Of a stretch of 64,000 nt of DNA, positions 9,099 to 19,697 are shown one piece after another. Position numbers and translations under genes: made by a program. The notes beneath the pieces were generated by a model. That model made no database searches. It was not told the origin of the DNA and was given only the letters and a program-made list of their open reading frames with translations. This stretch comes from Candidatus Latescibacterota bacterium (GTDB lineage: Bacteria > Latescibacterota > UBA2968 > GCA-2709665): contig OZ250150.1 in NCBI GenBank assembly GCA_965237675.1, positions 3,616,001 to 3,680,000 of the forward strand, given 5' to 3'. The first letter of the stretch is position 1, and each line of letters opens with the position of its first letter.

Positions 9099-10871
9099 AT
9101 GCATAGAAAGATACTCTTCCACGTTGTAACGGCCGCAAGCCTTCTGACGGCTCCAGCGGTCCACGCGGAAAACAGCATCCTGCAGCGCGCCCTGCGCGAC
9201 GAATTGGCGCGCTCGATGAAGGAACTTCAGCTTGAAGACCTGGAACGACCCTACTTCATTTCCTGCCATGTGCACGAAATGAGGTCCAGAAGTAGCTCGG
9301 CGACGTTCGGCAGTCTGCTGACAAGTCAGAAGAGCCGCTCGCGCACACTCACTGTGGAAGTGCGTGTGGGCGACTACGCCCTCGACAACACCAACTTCCG
9401 CGCGTTCGCCTTCGGCGGAACCGGGGTGGTGCGCATGAGAGGGGGCAGCGTGGGACTGACTCTGGAAGACGACTACAATGAGTTGCGGCGCAAGATCTGG
9501 CTGGCCACCGACGGGGCCTATAAGAAAGCCCTCGAGGATCTTGCAAAGAAACGCGCCGCCCTGCAGAACAAGACGCGCACCGAGGAGATACCCGATTTCA
9601 GCAGGGAGGCACCGGCAACCGAAGTGGACGAAATGGCGCCGGCCGTATTGGATCTCGACACCCTGGACCGGCGGGCGCGGCACCTCTCCGCGCTGTTTCG
9701 CGAGATGCCCGATATCCATACCTCGCGCGTCCGATGCAGCGGATCCAACACCTCCGTCCACTACCTCAATAGCGAGGGTTCTTCCTTCTCCCGCTCGAGT
9801 TCCTTGCTGGCCTTCACCGCCGTCGCCGGAACGCAGGCTCCCGACGGCATGCCCGTGCAGGACTTCGTTGCCGTGTACGCGCGTTCAGCCGATGGCCTTC
9901 CCGACGACAAGGAACTGGCCGCCCGCATCGGCGCCCTGGGTGAGCGCCTGCGGAAGCTGCGCCTGGCTCCCCTCGTGGATCGCTTTACCGGACCGGTGAT
10001 CTTCTCGGGCCAGGCGGCCACGGAACTGTTCAGCCAGGGGTTTGTACCCTATCTGTTGTCCACGCGTCGTGCATTGACCGACAATCCGGATTATGAGCGC
10101 TTCTACCCCCAGGCGAAGGAAAACCCGTTCATGGACAGGATCGGCGTGCGCGTGCTACCCGATTTTCTCAGCGTTCGCGCCGCGCCGCTTACAGACGTCT
10201 ATAAGAAACGGCCATTGTTGGGCGGCTACAGGATCGACGACGAAGGGGTCCCCGCGCGCCAGACCCGGCTGGTGAGCAGAGGCGTGCTGGAGACCCTGTT
10301 AACGACCCGAACCCCGGTTCGAGGCATCGACCGGAGTACGGGAAGCCGGCGAGGACCCGGGATCGGGCCGAGCAACATCCTGGTTGAGCCGGAGAAGGGA
10401 TTGAGCGAAGACCAGATTCGGAGGGAATTCTTCAAACTGATAAGAAGGCAGAAGAAAGAGTACGGCTACATCGTCACCCACGTCGCCAACCCGTTATACA
10501 CAATAGGCGAAACGCCCAGTCTCTTCATTTCGTCAGGACCGTCAAACGAGGCAATCAAGGTGGAACACCCGGTCTACGTATACAGGGTCTACCTGGACGG
10601 ACGAAAGGAACTGGTGCGAAATGCGCAATTCGCAGGCATCGGCGCCCATACCTTCAAGGACATCGTGCAAGTGTCCAGGACGCACGCGGTAAACACCTTT
10701 CCCTTTCGCTCGCGGGACAATTCCTCGCCGTTTTCCGGCCGGCGGGGCCGTCAAGTCCTCGCAAGTATCGTCACCCCTCGAATGGTCCTTTTCGAAGACA
10801 TCACGCTCAAGCCGCCCAGCGGCGAGATTCCCAAAGCGCCGGTTTCCCCGCATCCCTACTTCGATAGATGA
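9099..10871 (+). CDS. TldE/PmbA-like partner subunit with signal peptide
   Basis: Paralogous to the upstream gene (DELARSM..L...PYFIS, VRVGDYALDNT, GPVIF, IDDEGV, ELVR) but lacks HExxxH. AGGAG RBS before ATG 9099; signal peptide ending VHA. Confidence 0.85.
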   Translation: MHRKILFHVVTAASLLTAPAVHAENSILQRALRDELARSMKELQLEDLERPYFISCHVHEMRSRSSSATFGSLLTSQKSRSRTLTVEVRVGDYALDNTNFRAFAFGGTGVVRMRGGSVGLTLEDDYNELRRKIWLATDGAYKKALEDLAKKRAALQNKTRTEEIPDFSREAPATEVDEMAPAVLDLDTLDRRARHLSALFREMPDIHTSRVRCSGSNTSVHYLNSEGSSFSRSSSLLAFTAVAGTQAPDGMPVQDFVAVYARSADGLPDDKELAARIGALGERLRKLRLAPLVDRFTGPVIFSGQAATELFSQGFVPYLLSTRRALTDNPDYERFYPQAKENPFMDRIGVRVLPDFLSVRAAPLTDVYKKRPLLGGYRIDDEGVPARQTRLVSRGVLETLLTTRTPVRGIDRSTGSRRGPGIGPSNILVEPEKGLSEDQIRREFFKLIRRQKKEYGYIVTHVANPLYTIGETPSLFISSGPSNEAIKVEHPVYVYRVYLDGRKELVRNAQFAGIGAHTFKDIVQVSRTHAVNTFPFRSRDNSSPFSGRRGRQVLASIVTPRMVLFEDITLKPPSGEIPKAPVSPHPYFDR

Positions 10872-10914
10872 GTCCAGGCCATGCCGCGAAGAGACGCCGG
10901 TCTCCGGTATGCGT

Positions 10915-11919
10915 TCAGACGCCGGTGAACGCTTTGGCTTTGTCCTCTTTCCTGGATAGCCTCGTCGGCCGTCGGGCGCGCAACTCGCCCCACAGGGCGA
11001 TAGCGATGCCCGAAAGGATAATACCTCCCCCGATGAGTTGCGCGGGCATGGGCACCTCGCCCAGGATGAGACCGGCGAAGAGCACACCGGCCACCGGCGA
11101 GAAGGAAGACGCCGTGGCGATGTCGGCGGGGCGCACGCGTTTGATGCCGGCAAACCACGCCAGTTGGCCGCAGGCCACAACGACCCCGCCGTAAAGGATC
11201 ATCCAGCCCCACAACACCGGGGAGATAATGTCGGCAAAGTGCTCGATCCCAAAAAGGTAAAGGCCGATTCCGAGGAAGAAAAGCGCACCGACGAGGTTAC
11301 GGTAGACACTGAAGATGCCCAGGGGGATCGTCTGAAGCTGCTTGCGCCCGATTTCGGCGCCGCACACGAGAAGTACGGTTGCGACCGCCGCGAAGACTTC
11401 ACCGCTGCCTAACCCGCTCCGCATTCGCGCCGCCGCCATGCTTTCGGGCGACGCTCCCATCTGCAGGACGAGCGTTGTGACCACGCCGCCGACGGCGCAC
11501 AACGCGCCCAGTACTGCGGTTCCGCTCGACTTCTCCCTGTAAAACATCCAGGCCAACAACAGTCCGAGTGGGATTTCTATCGTCTCGATCAGAACGATGT
11601 TGGTGACCGAGGTGCGCGAGATGGCCGTAAACATCATGGCCGGCGCGATGGCGCCGGACGTGAGGGCGAGGGCGGTCTGAACCAGCCACTGTCGGCGCGA
11701 CAGCTTGCGCAGATGGGAAGGGCGCCAATCCCGTTGATTGAGAGTCAGCAGGGTCAGCGCCGCCACGAGATTGCCGGCGAAGAGCAGGTTGCAGAAGGAG
11801 ATGGGATTGCGACCGTCGATCAGATGCATCTGTCCGATATCGACCAGGCGCGCCACCACCGAGGCTGCGGCGGCGAAGATCAGCACGGCAATCCACAGAT
11901 AGATTCGACCCCAGTTCAT
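10915..11919 (-). CDS. EamA/DMT family transporter
   Basis: About 10 TM helices in two repeats; SPVAGVLFAGLILGE...IGGGIILSG. Confidence 0.88.
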   Translation of the reverse strand: MNWGRIYLWIAVLIFAAAASVVARLVDIGQMHLIDGRNPISFCNLLFAGNLVAALTLLTLNQRDWRPSHLRKLSRRQWLVQTALALTSGAIAPAMMFTAISRTSVTNIVLIETIEIPLGLLLAWMFYREKSSGTAVLGALCAVGGVVTTLVLQMGASPESMAAARMRSGLGSGEVFAAVATVLLVCGAEIGRKQLQTIPLGIFSVYRNLVGALFFLGIGLYLFGIEHFADIISPVLWGWMILYGGVVVACGQLAWFAGIKRVRPADIATASSFSPVAGVLFAGLILGEVPMPAQLIGGGIILSGIAIALWGELRARRPTRLSRKEDKAKAFTGV

Positions 11920-12206
11920 CGCGGTCTACCGTTCAAGCTAAATGTCGTCCCGACGTCGCCCGCTCGCGTGGCTCCAGGGCCTGCGTGCGGAATGCAGGCG
12001 TGTCATTGGGTTAAGTCGCAACGAAGATGGAGAACACTTCGGACCAGCTATTTTACCCAAAGCTGCGCTTCCACGCAAACCCCTTGTCATGCCACCCGCG
12101 ACGATTCGCGCCACGCCGGAGGAACATCGGTATCCTGGCTTCATGGAGAAGAACCGGCCAAACCGGATCAACGCGGGCGCACGTCAGGTTTCGGAAAAGG
12201 AGAGTT

Positions 12207-12590
12207 ATGAATCCGACACCCTCAACAAGACTGACAGGCATGAGCCCGCAGTTGCTCGTGGCCGATCTGGACCGGTCCATCCGCTTCTATACTGAGCAGC
12301 TCGGGTTCGACCTCGACTTCCGGTATGAGCATTTCTACGCGGGAATCGTACGGGATGGGCACTCGATCCATCTGAAGCTCGCCCACGCGCCGCGTGACGA
12401 GAGGCAGTTCCGCCGGGAGAACGAACACCTGGACATCACATTTACAGTGGAGGATAATGACGCGGCGTACAGGGACGTACGAAACCGGACCGTCCCGGTA
12501 ACTCAGCCCCTCCGGGAAATGCCCTACGGTCGGGAATTCTACGTATCGGATCCCGACGGTTACATTCTTGCATTTGTCGAGACGAAATAA
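12207..12590 (+). CDS. VOC/glyoxalase-bleomycin resistance family protein
   Basis: LLVADLDRSIRFYTEQLGF and MPYGREFYVSDPDGYILAF; AAGGAG RBS. Confidence 0.9.
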   Translation: MNPTPSTRLTGMSPQLLVADLDRSIRFYTEQLGFDLDFRYEHFYAGIVRDGHSIHLKLAHAPRDERQFRRENEHLDITFTVEDNDAAYRDVRNRTVPVTQPLREMPYGREFYVSDPDGYILAFVETK

Positions 12591-12671
12591 CGCGGGCCGA
12601 GCATATGGGGTATATGGGAACGCAAATGACAGCTTCGGATTTTGACGCGCCCCATCTACCCGGTTCCGGCC

Positions 12672-12714
12672 TTGACATCGTCGTGATATTTTCTTATACG
12701 TATAATACACGTGT
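12672..12714 (+). promoter_or_regulatory. Promoter/operator of the TA operon
   Basis: TTGACA at 12672 and TATAAT at 12701; palindromes TTATACGTATAA (12694-12705) and ACACGTGT (12707-12714). Confidence 0.6.
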
Positions 12715-12751
12715 TGTTGTGTTCAATGTTGTCTGAATTGGAGAATCGCAT

Positions 12752-12982
12752 ATGCGCAAGAAGCTGACCATCACGATTGATGAGGAAGTGTATGCAGGCC
12801 TGCATCAGATTATAGGCCGCCGCCGCATCAGCCGCTTTGTCGAAACGCTGGTCCGGCCCCATGTGCTTCAACCCGACCTGGAACAGGCTTACGAGGATAT
12901 GGCGCAGGATGAAAAACGGGAAGCCGAAGCTTTAGAATGGGCGGAAGACACTGTGGGGGACGCATTCGATGGTCCGAGGTGA
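12752..12982 (+). CDS. Putative antitoxin (RHH-like)
   Basis: [14 protein letters not shown] beta-strand/helix start, acidic C-terminus, overlaps the toxin start. Confidence 0.8.
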   Translation: MRKKLTITIDEEVYAGLHQIIGRRRISRFVETLVRPHVLQPDLEQAYEDMAQDEKREAEALEWAEDTVGDAFDGPR

Positions 12983-13289
12983 AGTGTGGTGGGTCAATTT
13001 CAACCCATCCACAGCCGGTGAAATCCGTAAAAGACGTCCCGCGATTATCGTCAGTAACGACGCATCCAACAGGCATTTGAACCGTGTTCAGGTTGTGCCG
13101 TTGACGAGCAATCTCGATCGTCTCTACCCCAGTGAAGCCTATGTGACTGTAAAGGATCAAAGACGGAAGGCGATGGCCGATCAGGTGGCAACGGTGAGCA
13201 AGCGCCGGTTGAGTGCGCTGCAAGGACGTGTTTCTGCTACGGATATGGACCGCGTAGAACGCGCGTTAAGAGTGCAGTTAGGCCTGTGA
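12969..13289 (+). CDS. MazF/PemK family endoribonuclease toxin
   Basis: [27 protein letters not shown]...VVPLTS; [11 protein letters not shown]. Confidence 0.93.
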   Translation: MVRGEVWWVNFNPSTAGEIRKRRPAIIVSNDASNRHLNRVQVVPLTSNLDRLYPSEAYVTVKDQRRKAMADQVATVSKRRLSALQGRVSATDMDRVERALRVQLGL

Positions 13290-13435
13290 TGTGCGTGGCG
13301 CCTGTGTATATTGAGTGATATCTCCATGCGCCGGCACCGGTGCATTTCAGGGTGCAACACACGCGCTTCAGTCGGTGAAGTCTGGAATCGGCCGTATATC
13401 GGCAGTAAACAATAAGTAGGGGACAGACAAATACG

Positions 13436-14662
13436 ATGGCGACCATCAATTCCAATTACAGCAAGCTTTCAGCCGGCTATCTGTTCCCGGAAATCGCACG
13501 GCGGACAAGTGCGTATCTGGATGCCAATCCCGGGGTCAAGGTCATGCGTCTAGGCATTGGAAACACGACCGAACCGCTTCCACCGAGCGTGATCGCCGGT
13601 CTGCATGAAGCCGTGGAAAGACTTGCCGCTGTAGAGACCTATTCGGGTTACGCGGACGGAAGCGAGGGAGACGTTGGGCTCAGAGAGGCCATTGCAGGCC
13701 GCTACGCGGAGCGAGGCGTCGTGCTGGATCCGGATGAGATATTCGTGAGCGATGGAGGAAAGCCTGATTCTGCGAATCTGCAGTCTATCTTCGGCCTCGA
13801 CAATGTGGTGGCCGTGCAGGACCCGGCCTACCCCGTCTACGTGGATAGCAACGTGATTGCCGGACGTACAGGTCAAATGGTCGAGGGCCAATACGAAGGA
13901 ATCGTCTACATGCCCTGCACGGAGGACAATGGTTTCTTTCCCGAATTGCCCGGGGGAAAAGTGGATCTGATTTACATATGCAGCCCGAATAATCCGATCG
14001 GGTCCGTTGCAAACAGGAACCAGCTGCAGACGTTTGTTGACTATGCCCGCGATCAACGGGCGGTCTTGATTTTCGACGCGGCCTACTGTGCCTATATTTC
14101 GGATCCTGATCTTCCGCGCACCATTTATGAGATCGATGGCGCCAAAACATGCGCGATCGAGATCAACAGTTTCTCCAAGGATACCGGGTTTACCGGCGTG
14201 CGGCTGGGCTGGTCGGCGGTCCCGCAGGATCTGGTTGTGGAAGAGGCCGAACCGGGTGTGGTGAACGGGCTCTGGCGCAGACGGCAGAATACGATGTTCA
14301 ACGGCGCCTCCAATATTGCGCAGGGAGGCGCATTGGCTGTGTTCACGGAAGCCGGGAAGGCGGAGTGTGGCGAGATGGTGGCCTATTACATGGCCAATGC
14401 AGGGCGCATTCGGTCGGGGCTCGAAGGCCTGGGCCTGACGGTCTATGGCGGCGTCCACGCGCCGTATCTCTGGATGAAGACGCCCGGGGGTATGGGTTCG
14501 TGGGTTTTTTTTGACAAGCTGCTTTCCGAGGCGCACGTTGTGGGGACGCCAGGGGCGGGGTTCGGACCCAGTGGTGAGGGATTTTTCAGGTTGAGCGCGT
14601 TCGGACATCGTGAGGATATCGAGTTGGCCGTGGACAGCATCGAAAACAACCTGAAGCTATAG
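13436..14662 (+). CDS. dapL: LL-diaminopimelate aminotransferase
   Basis: YLFPEIARR, LGIGNTTEPL, YPVYVDSNV, CSPNNP, SFSK.GFTGVR, TPGAGFGPSGEGFFRLSAF. Confidence 0.95.
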   Translation: MATINSNYSKLSAGYLFPEIARRTSAYLDANPGVKVMRLGIGNTTEPLPPSVIAGLHEAVERLAAVETYSGYADGSEGDVGLREAIAGRYAERGVVLDPDEIFVSDGGKPDSANLQSIFGLDNVVAVQDPAYPVYVDSNVIAGRTGQMVEGQYEGIVYMPCTEDNGFFPELPGGKVDLIYICSPNNPIGSVANRNQLQTFVDYARDQRAVLIFDAAYCAYISDPDLPRTIYEIDGAKTCAIEINSFSKDTGFTGVRLGWSAVPQDLVVEEAEPGVVNGLWRRRQNTMFNGASNIAQGGALAVFTEAGKAECGEMVAYYMANAGRIRSGLEGLGLTVYGGVHAPYLWMKTPGGMGSWVFFDKLLSEAHVVGTPGAGFGPSGEGFFRLSAFGHREDIELAVDSIENNLKL

Positions 14663-14695
14663 TGTCCCGTCTCCGGAAATATGTCGCCATTCATC

Positions 14696-14945
14696 CCTGT
14701 CTGCGTGCGTGAGGCTGGACGCACAGGCAGGCGCCGGTTCATCCCGTCTCGCTGAATTGATGTCCGTTGAGCTTGTCGAAACGCGCTCGTTGCTTGCTTT
14801 AAACTTCTCGAAACGATCTTGTTGGAACGAAATTGGCAAAACGTGGTCATTGAGCTTGTCGAACTGCCCGCGTTTCGCTACCGTTCGCCGACCCTTCGAC
14901 AGGCTCAGGGCGCCGGCTCAGGGAGCGGCTCAGGGCTCAGGCGCC
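14696..14945. repeat. GAGCTTGTCGAA / TTCGACAGGCTCAGG palindromic repeat cluster
   Basis: GAGCTTGTCGAA twice (~14769, ~14853), then CCCTTCGACAGGCTCAGGG and further GGCTCAGG copies; same family as the copy at ~4457. Confidence 0.7.
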
Positions 14946-15000
14946 TTGCGAGCAGGGCGCTGCAGGCCTGCTGCAAGCGCTAGTGATTGGAAGGATGGAT

Positions 15001-15957
15001 ATGCGATTGAGTGTCCTGGTTTTCTGTATCTCGCTGGGGATTGCCACCGCGGGGATTTCAGGGGAGAAGAAACCGTCGCCGAAACTTACCGTTGCATTCC
15101 GGTTCGCGTCGGCTTTCGGACAGAAGGGGGGCGGGGTGGGGCACTTTCATGAAGCGTCCGCCATCGCCCTCGATACATTCGGTAATCTCTACGTGGCTGA
15201 TACCGGCAACGACCGCATCCAGAAATTCGATGCGGAGGGGAGGTATCTTTCGGAAGTGGGTACCTTTGGCTGGGATCCGGGTCAATTCAGCCAGCCGACG
15301 GGCGTTGCGGTGGGGCAGGGCGGGCTCGAGGTATACGTTGCGGACGGGAGAAACAACCGAATCCAGATCTTCAGCCCGCATTTCCGGTTGCTGGGCGTGG
15401 TTGGCGGACGAGACGTCGATGGTCCGATTCGGCTGGGGAACCTTGGCGGGATTGCGGTTTCCGACGCCGGCGAGTTATATGTGTCCGATACCGATGCCGA
15501 CCAGGTGGTTCAAATCAGCAACTACAGCCCCCTGGAAAACCAATTCGGGGGATACGGATACGGCGCCGACCGGGTCCGGCGCCCTCTGGGACTCGCCATT
15601 GGACGGAAGGATGAAGTCTATGTGTGTGACAGCGAAAACGATCGGGTCGCGGTTTTTGACAGGTACGGAAATTTCAAGAAGAGCCTGGCGGAAGGGTCGC
15701 TTTCCGAACCGGCGGGCGTATGTACCGGGCCGGACGATGTACTGTTTGTCGCGGACACGGGGCATCACCGGGTGGTGGTTCTGGACCTGCATACCGGTGA
15801 CGTGGCTGCGCTGATTGGGGGCCCCGACGCGGGACAGCGGCCGGGCGCGTTCAAGGCGCCGAAAGACGTGGTCTTCGGCCCGGGCAATATCCTCTATGTG
15901 CTGGACGGAGGCAACCATCGTATTCAGAAGTTCGATATGATGATCAGCAGGAGGTAG
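15001..15957 (+). CDS. Exported NHL-repeat beta-propeller protein
   Basis: Signal peptide; about six repeats such as GNLYVADTGNDRIQKFD and VYVADGRNNRIQIF. Confidence 0.92.
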   Translation: MRLSVLVFCISLGIATAGISGEKKPSPKLTVAFRFASAFGQKGGGVGHFHEASAIALDTFGNLYVADTGNDRIQKFDAEGRYLSEVGTFGWDPGQFSQPTGVAVGQGGLEVYVADGRNNRIQIFSPHFRLLGVVGGRDVDGPIRLGNLGGIAVSDAGELYVSDTDADQVVQISNYSPLENQFGGYGYGADRVRRPLGLAIGRKDEVYVCDSENDRVAVFDRYGNFKKSLAEGSLSEPAGVCTGPDDVLFVADTGHHRVVVLDLHTGDVAALIGGPDAGQRPGAFKAPKDVVFGPGNILYVLDGGNHRIQKFDMMISRR

Positions 15958-16116
15958 CAGTCCGTTGATAAAGGTCTCTGCAGGAGAGGCCGAGCCATTG
16001 CGATCGAAGACAAGACGCGCGACCGAGTCGAATCGGGGGATTCGGGGAGGGAGCGCAACGCAGTAATTCGGCCACAAGAGCCGGCCGCAGCCCGGATGGA
16101 CTTTTTCAACGGGCTG
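15958..16116. mobile_element. MITE-like element, family A, copy 1
   Basis: Terminal inverted repeats CAGTCCGTTGATAAAG / CTTTTTCAACGGGCTG (14/16); close copy at 23991-24150. Confidence 0.85.
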
Positions 16117-16236
16117 GGAGGGGGCGCAGTCCCCACGTCCATTCCAGGAGTCGGGAGTCAGGAGGGGCTGCCCGCGGCGTCATAGAGGCCAGGGGGAGAA
16201 ACCGATTTTTCCGACTCCCGACTTCTGCTTGTTTAT

Positions 16237-19200
16237 ATGTTCAAACGCATTCCCATTCGGCTGATTTTCCTGATCTGCGCAGGTTTCTGCGCCTCGGCGG
16301 GCGCGGCGCCGCCGCCGGAACAGTTGACCCTCTTCGATCTGGAGCGGTCCTTTCGGGCCGATGGCAGTCGGGGTCCCTATCGACTTTACTGGAGGGCACC
16401 TGGGTCCCATACTGGAGGGCAGCGAAGGGGTCTGGGTCGGCGACAGCCTGCTAGTTCGGGGCCTGGACTACGAAATGGACCACGCCGCCGGGTTGCTGGT
16501 GTTGGCGCAGGAACGCCCCCGGGGCACCGAAATTCTCGTGCGGTTTCGGCAACTGCCAGAGGTTCTGGCCCAGGTCTACAGACGCCGTGAGCGAAACCTT
16601 CAACGGGCCCCGGAACGGCCGCCCCCCGCCCGGCGTCGAAGGCGTCACACAACGGCTGATGCGTCGGAATCGCATACCGAGGCCTTGTCGCGGCTGGATG
16701 TGGGCGGCGCCAAACGCATTCAGGTCACGGTGGGCGGAAATAGGGACCTTGAACTGAGCCAGGCGCTTCGGGTGCATATAACGGGGCAGATGGCGGATGG
16801 CGTCGAAGTGGCCGCAATGCTATCGGATCGTAACCTCCCGTTGGGACTCGAAGGCAGCACCCGTAACCTTCAGGAACTGGATCGCGTGATGTTTCAGATT
16901 CGTTCCCGGAAGGTTTCGGCCTCGCTTGGCGATCTGGACGTCGCATTTGACGGCACCACGTTTGGACGGTATCGCCGTAGGCTTCACGGTGCGCATCTCG
17001 CGCTCTCGTCTTACGGCGCGGACGTCGAATTGTTCGGGGCCGTCGCCAACGGACGTTGGATAAGCCACCGTATCCTCCCCATTGAAGGATACCAGGGCCC
17101 GTACCGACTGCCCGGCGACACCGCGGCTCCGGGAGGGCACATTGTCGCGGGTTCCGAGCGGGTATATCGGGACGGACGTATGCTGCGCCGCGGCGAGGGC
17201 CAGGATTACGTCGTGGACTACGAATTGTCCACCATCACGTTCACCCCCGTCATGCCGATCAACGGTCAGAGCCGCATAACGGTGGAATACCAGTTCGACG
17301 TGCCTGGTTCCCGCCGGCGCCTGATGGGTGCGCGCGGCACGCTGGCGCTATCGGACGACCGGTTGCAGGTTGGGGGCACGTTTATCCGTGAGGCAGACCG
17401 GGAAGGCGGCGTCCAGGGTGTCGGTATTTCCGTACCACCCTTTCGACCCTCGCGGCGGCAGTTGGCGGTGCTGGATGCCGCTTATTCTCCAATTGGGGGC
17501 GTCCGGCTCGATGGCGAACTGGCGATGAGCGCGTTACCCTCGGAGGCGGGCGCGCGGAAGCAACGACGAGGGCGGGCTCTTCGGCTCGGATTGGACCTGT
17601 GGCCGGCCGCGCTGCGGTTGGGCGGTTATGCCCTGGGGCGGTTTCGAATAACGGGCGCCTACAGGCAGGTCGGCGCAGAGTTCAGTGCGGTCGATCGGAT
17701 CGTACAGGTAAATCGTGAGGGGCGGTGGGGCTGGCAGGCCGACGCGCCGGGGGCGGGAGACCGGATGAGCGAAGTCGCGTTGCATTACGCGCTGAAGCCC
17801 GGTATCCGGTTCGATGCCGGCTATGGGCGACGACGGGGAAAAGTAACGGCGACCCGGCGCGAGGTCGGCGTGCAGATTTCCGATTCAAATGCGCCGCAGG
17901 TGTTCTATCGGTTCGACGAAGTGTCCCACGGGTCCGGGCTGTTTGCCAGGCATCAGGGCCGCGTCAGGGCTCCGATGCGATGGATCACGCCGGGATTCCG
18001 GTTCGAGTCGGAGACGGCAACGGGGTCGGCTGTTTCACATTCGACGCTTTTCTATGCATCGGTCGTGGATTCGGCGCCAGGCGGAATACGCATCAGGGCG
18101 GGCACGTGGGATCTATCCACACGCGTGATGGGCGTCCTGGCGTGGACGTCGGAAATCTCGATTCGGCGTATACACCTGCTGGAGCGTGCCTGGCAGGACA
18201 GCCTGCGGGCATGGACAGCAACCCACCGCGCCGGGATTTCCGGCTGGCGCGGATTGTCGTTTTCCGGCGAGTACAGCCGGAGCAGGACAAAATCCCCATT
18301 GCATCCGACGACGGAACGCGTGACGGACCTGGCCAGAATAAGGTGGGGGTACGCCGTTTTAAACGGCGCCGTTTCCCACAGATTTTCCTATCGGATTTCC
18401 AGCACGGGGGCGCCCAACAGACAGCCGGTGTACGTCGTCCTCGGGCCGGGTCGAGGTACGCATGTCTGGGAGGACGTGGATGGCGACGGGCTTCAGGATC
18501 CGGAGGAGTTTGTGGCAGACGTGGACGGCGAATATATGCGGTATTTCAGCCCGGCCATCGGATTTCGTCCGGTGCGTGACGCCGCCCTCTCTGCCCGGAC
18601 GGAGTTGGTACTGAAGCGGTTGCTGCGATCTCCCGCTGGTAAGTGGATGCGTATCCTGGCCGGGATGTCGCTGGACATCTCCCTGCATGCCGACCGGCAG
18701 GTGCCGCCGGCCCAGGCCGGCGTGGCGCCCTGGAATATGTACGGTTTCGGTTCTGGCGAGGGGATTCTCCACGGACGGCGCGAATTGGAAACGCGACTTT
18801 ACCTGTTTCGATATCGCCGTCCGGCCACCTTCCGTCTATCCACCCGCCAGGGTTCCCGCGTGGATCGGGCCTTCACCGACGGCGGGATGGAGACGACGTC
18901 GCAGGTGTCCGCGCAGGGACGGTTTGCCGTGGGACGGGCATTGTCTGTGGAAGTGGAAATGCACGGAGAACAACGCGACCGACCCGGCGATGGACCGTTT
19001 TTTTACCGGATTCGATCCCGGCGAGCTTCCATGAGCGCGTATCGGCACAAACCAGGGGCGTGGCAGACGCGGATGGAACTGGCGTTCGGACGAGACCGGG
19101 AGCAAAACCGGGCGCTGGTGGCCCGTTTTCTGTCGGTGCGCCCGGAATTGCGGCGAGCGCTGCCGGGTCGCGGGCGGTTGCGTACCTCCTGGGATTGGAC

Positions 19201-19402
19201 CCGCGTCTTCTCGTCGGGATCCCTGCCGCTGTTCCTGGGAATGGCCCGTGGTAACCGGGCGGGAAATAACATGGGCTGGCGTCTGGGTGTGGACTATCGG
19301 CTGGGTCGGTATCTGACGGCGATGATCGTGTACGACGGACGTAAACGTCCTGACAAACCGGTCCTGCATCTGGGGCGTATGGAGATGCGGGCTTTATTCT
19401 GA
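16237..19402 (+). CDS. Large predicted outer-membrane protein, frameshifted near 16390-16410
   Basis: The signal peptide is in ORF 16237; the body is in ORF 16361..19402. The GPYRL...GSE.V..D...RG.DY..D motif occurs twice, once split by the frameshift. DVDGDG Ca-binding-like loop; amphipathic strands; C-terminal Phe. Confidence 0.75.
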
Positions 19403-19591
19403 GAAGCTGTTTTGAAATTCCCGGTGCGTTCCCGAGCGCGAGCGAAAAGGTGTCGGTCCAGGCGGGCGGACCCTCCAATATCTGAAGATACGGGTGGGTT
19501 CGACCAACGACGACCGACGCTTTTGCAGCCGCCTGCCTTGCCTGCGGCAGCAGGCAGGCGCGAAGACCGCTGGGGGTTTTAAGACAGCTTC
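19403..19591. mobile_element. MITE-like element, family B, copy 1
   Basis: GAAGCTGTTTTGAAATTCCC ... GGGGGTTTTAAGACAGCTTC inverted ends, flanked by TGA on both sides; shorter inverted relative at 33731-33844. Confidence 0.8.
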
Positions 19592-19697
19592 TGAAAGGCG
19601 CGGCGTGTTTCGGTATGGATGTCAGATCACCCACGGACTCTTGTTCAGGGTAATGGGCCGATGCTTGGTGCCGGCTTCGACACGGCCGCTCCCATTC

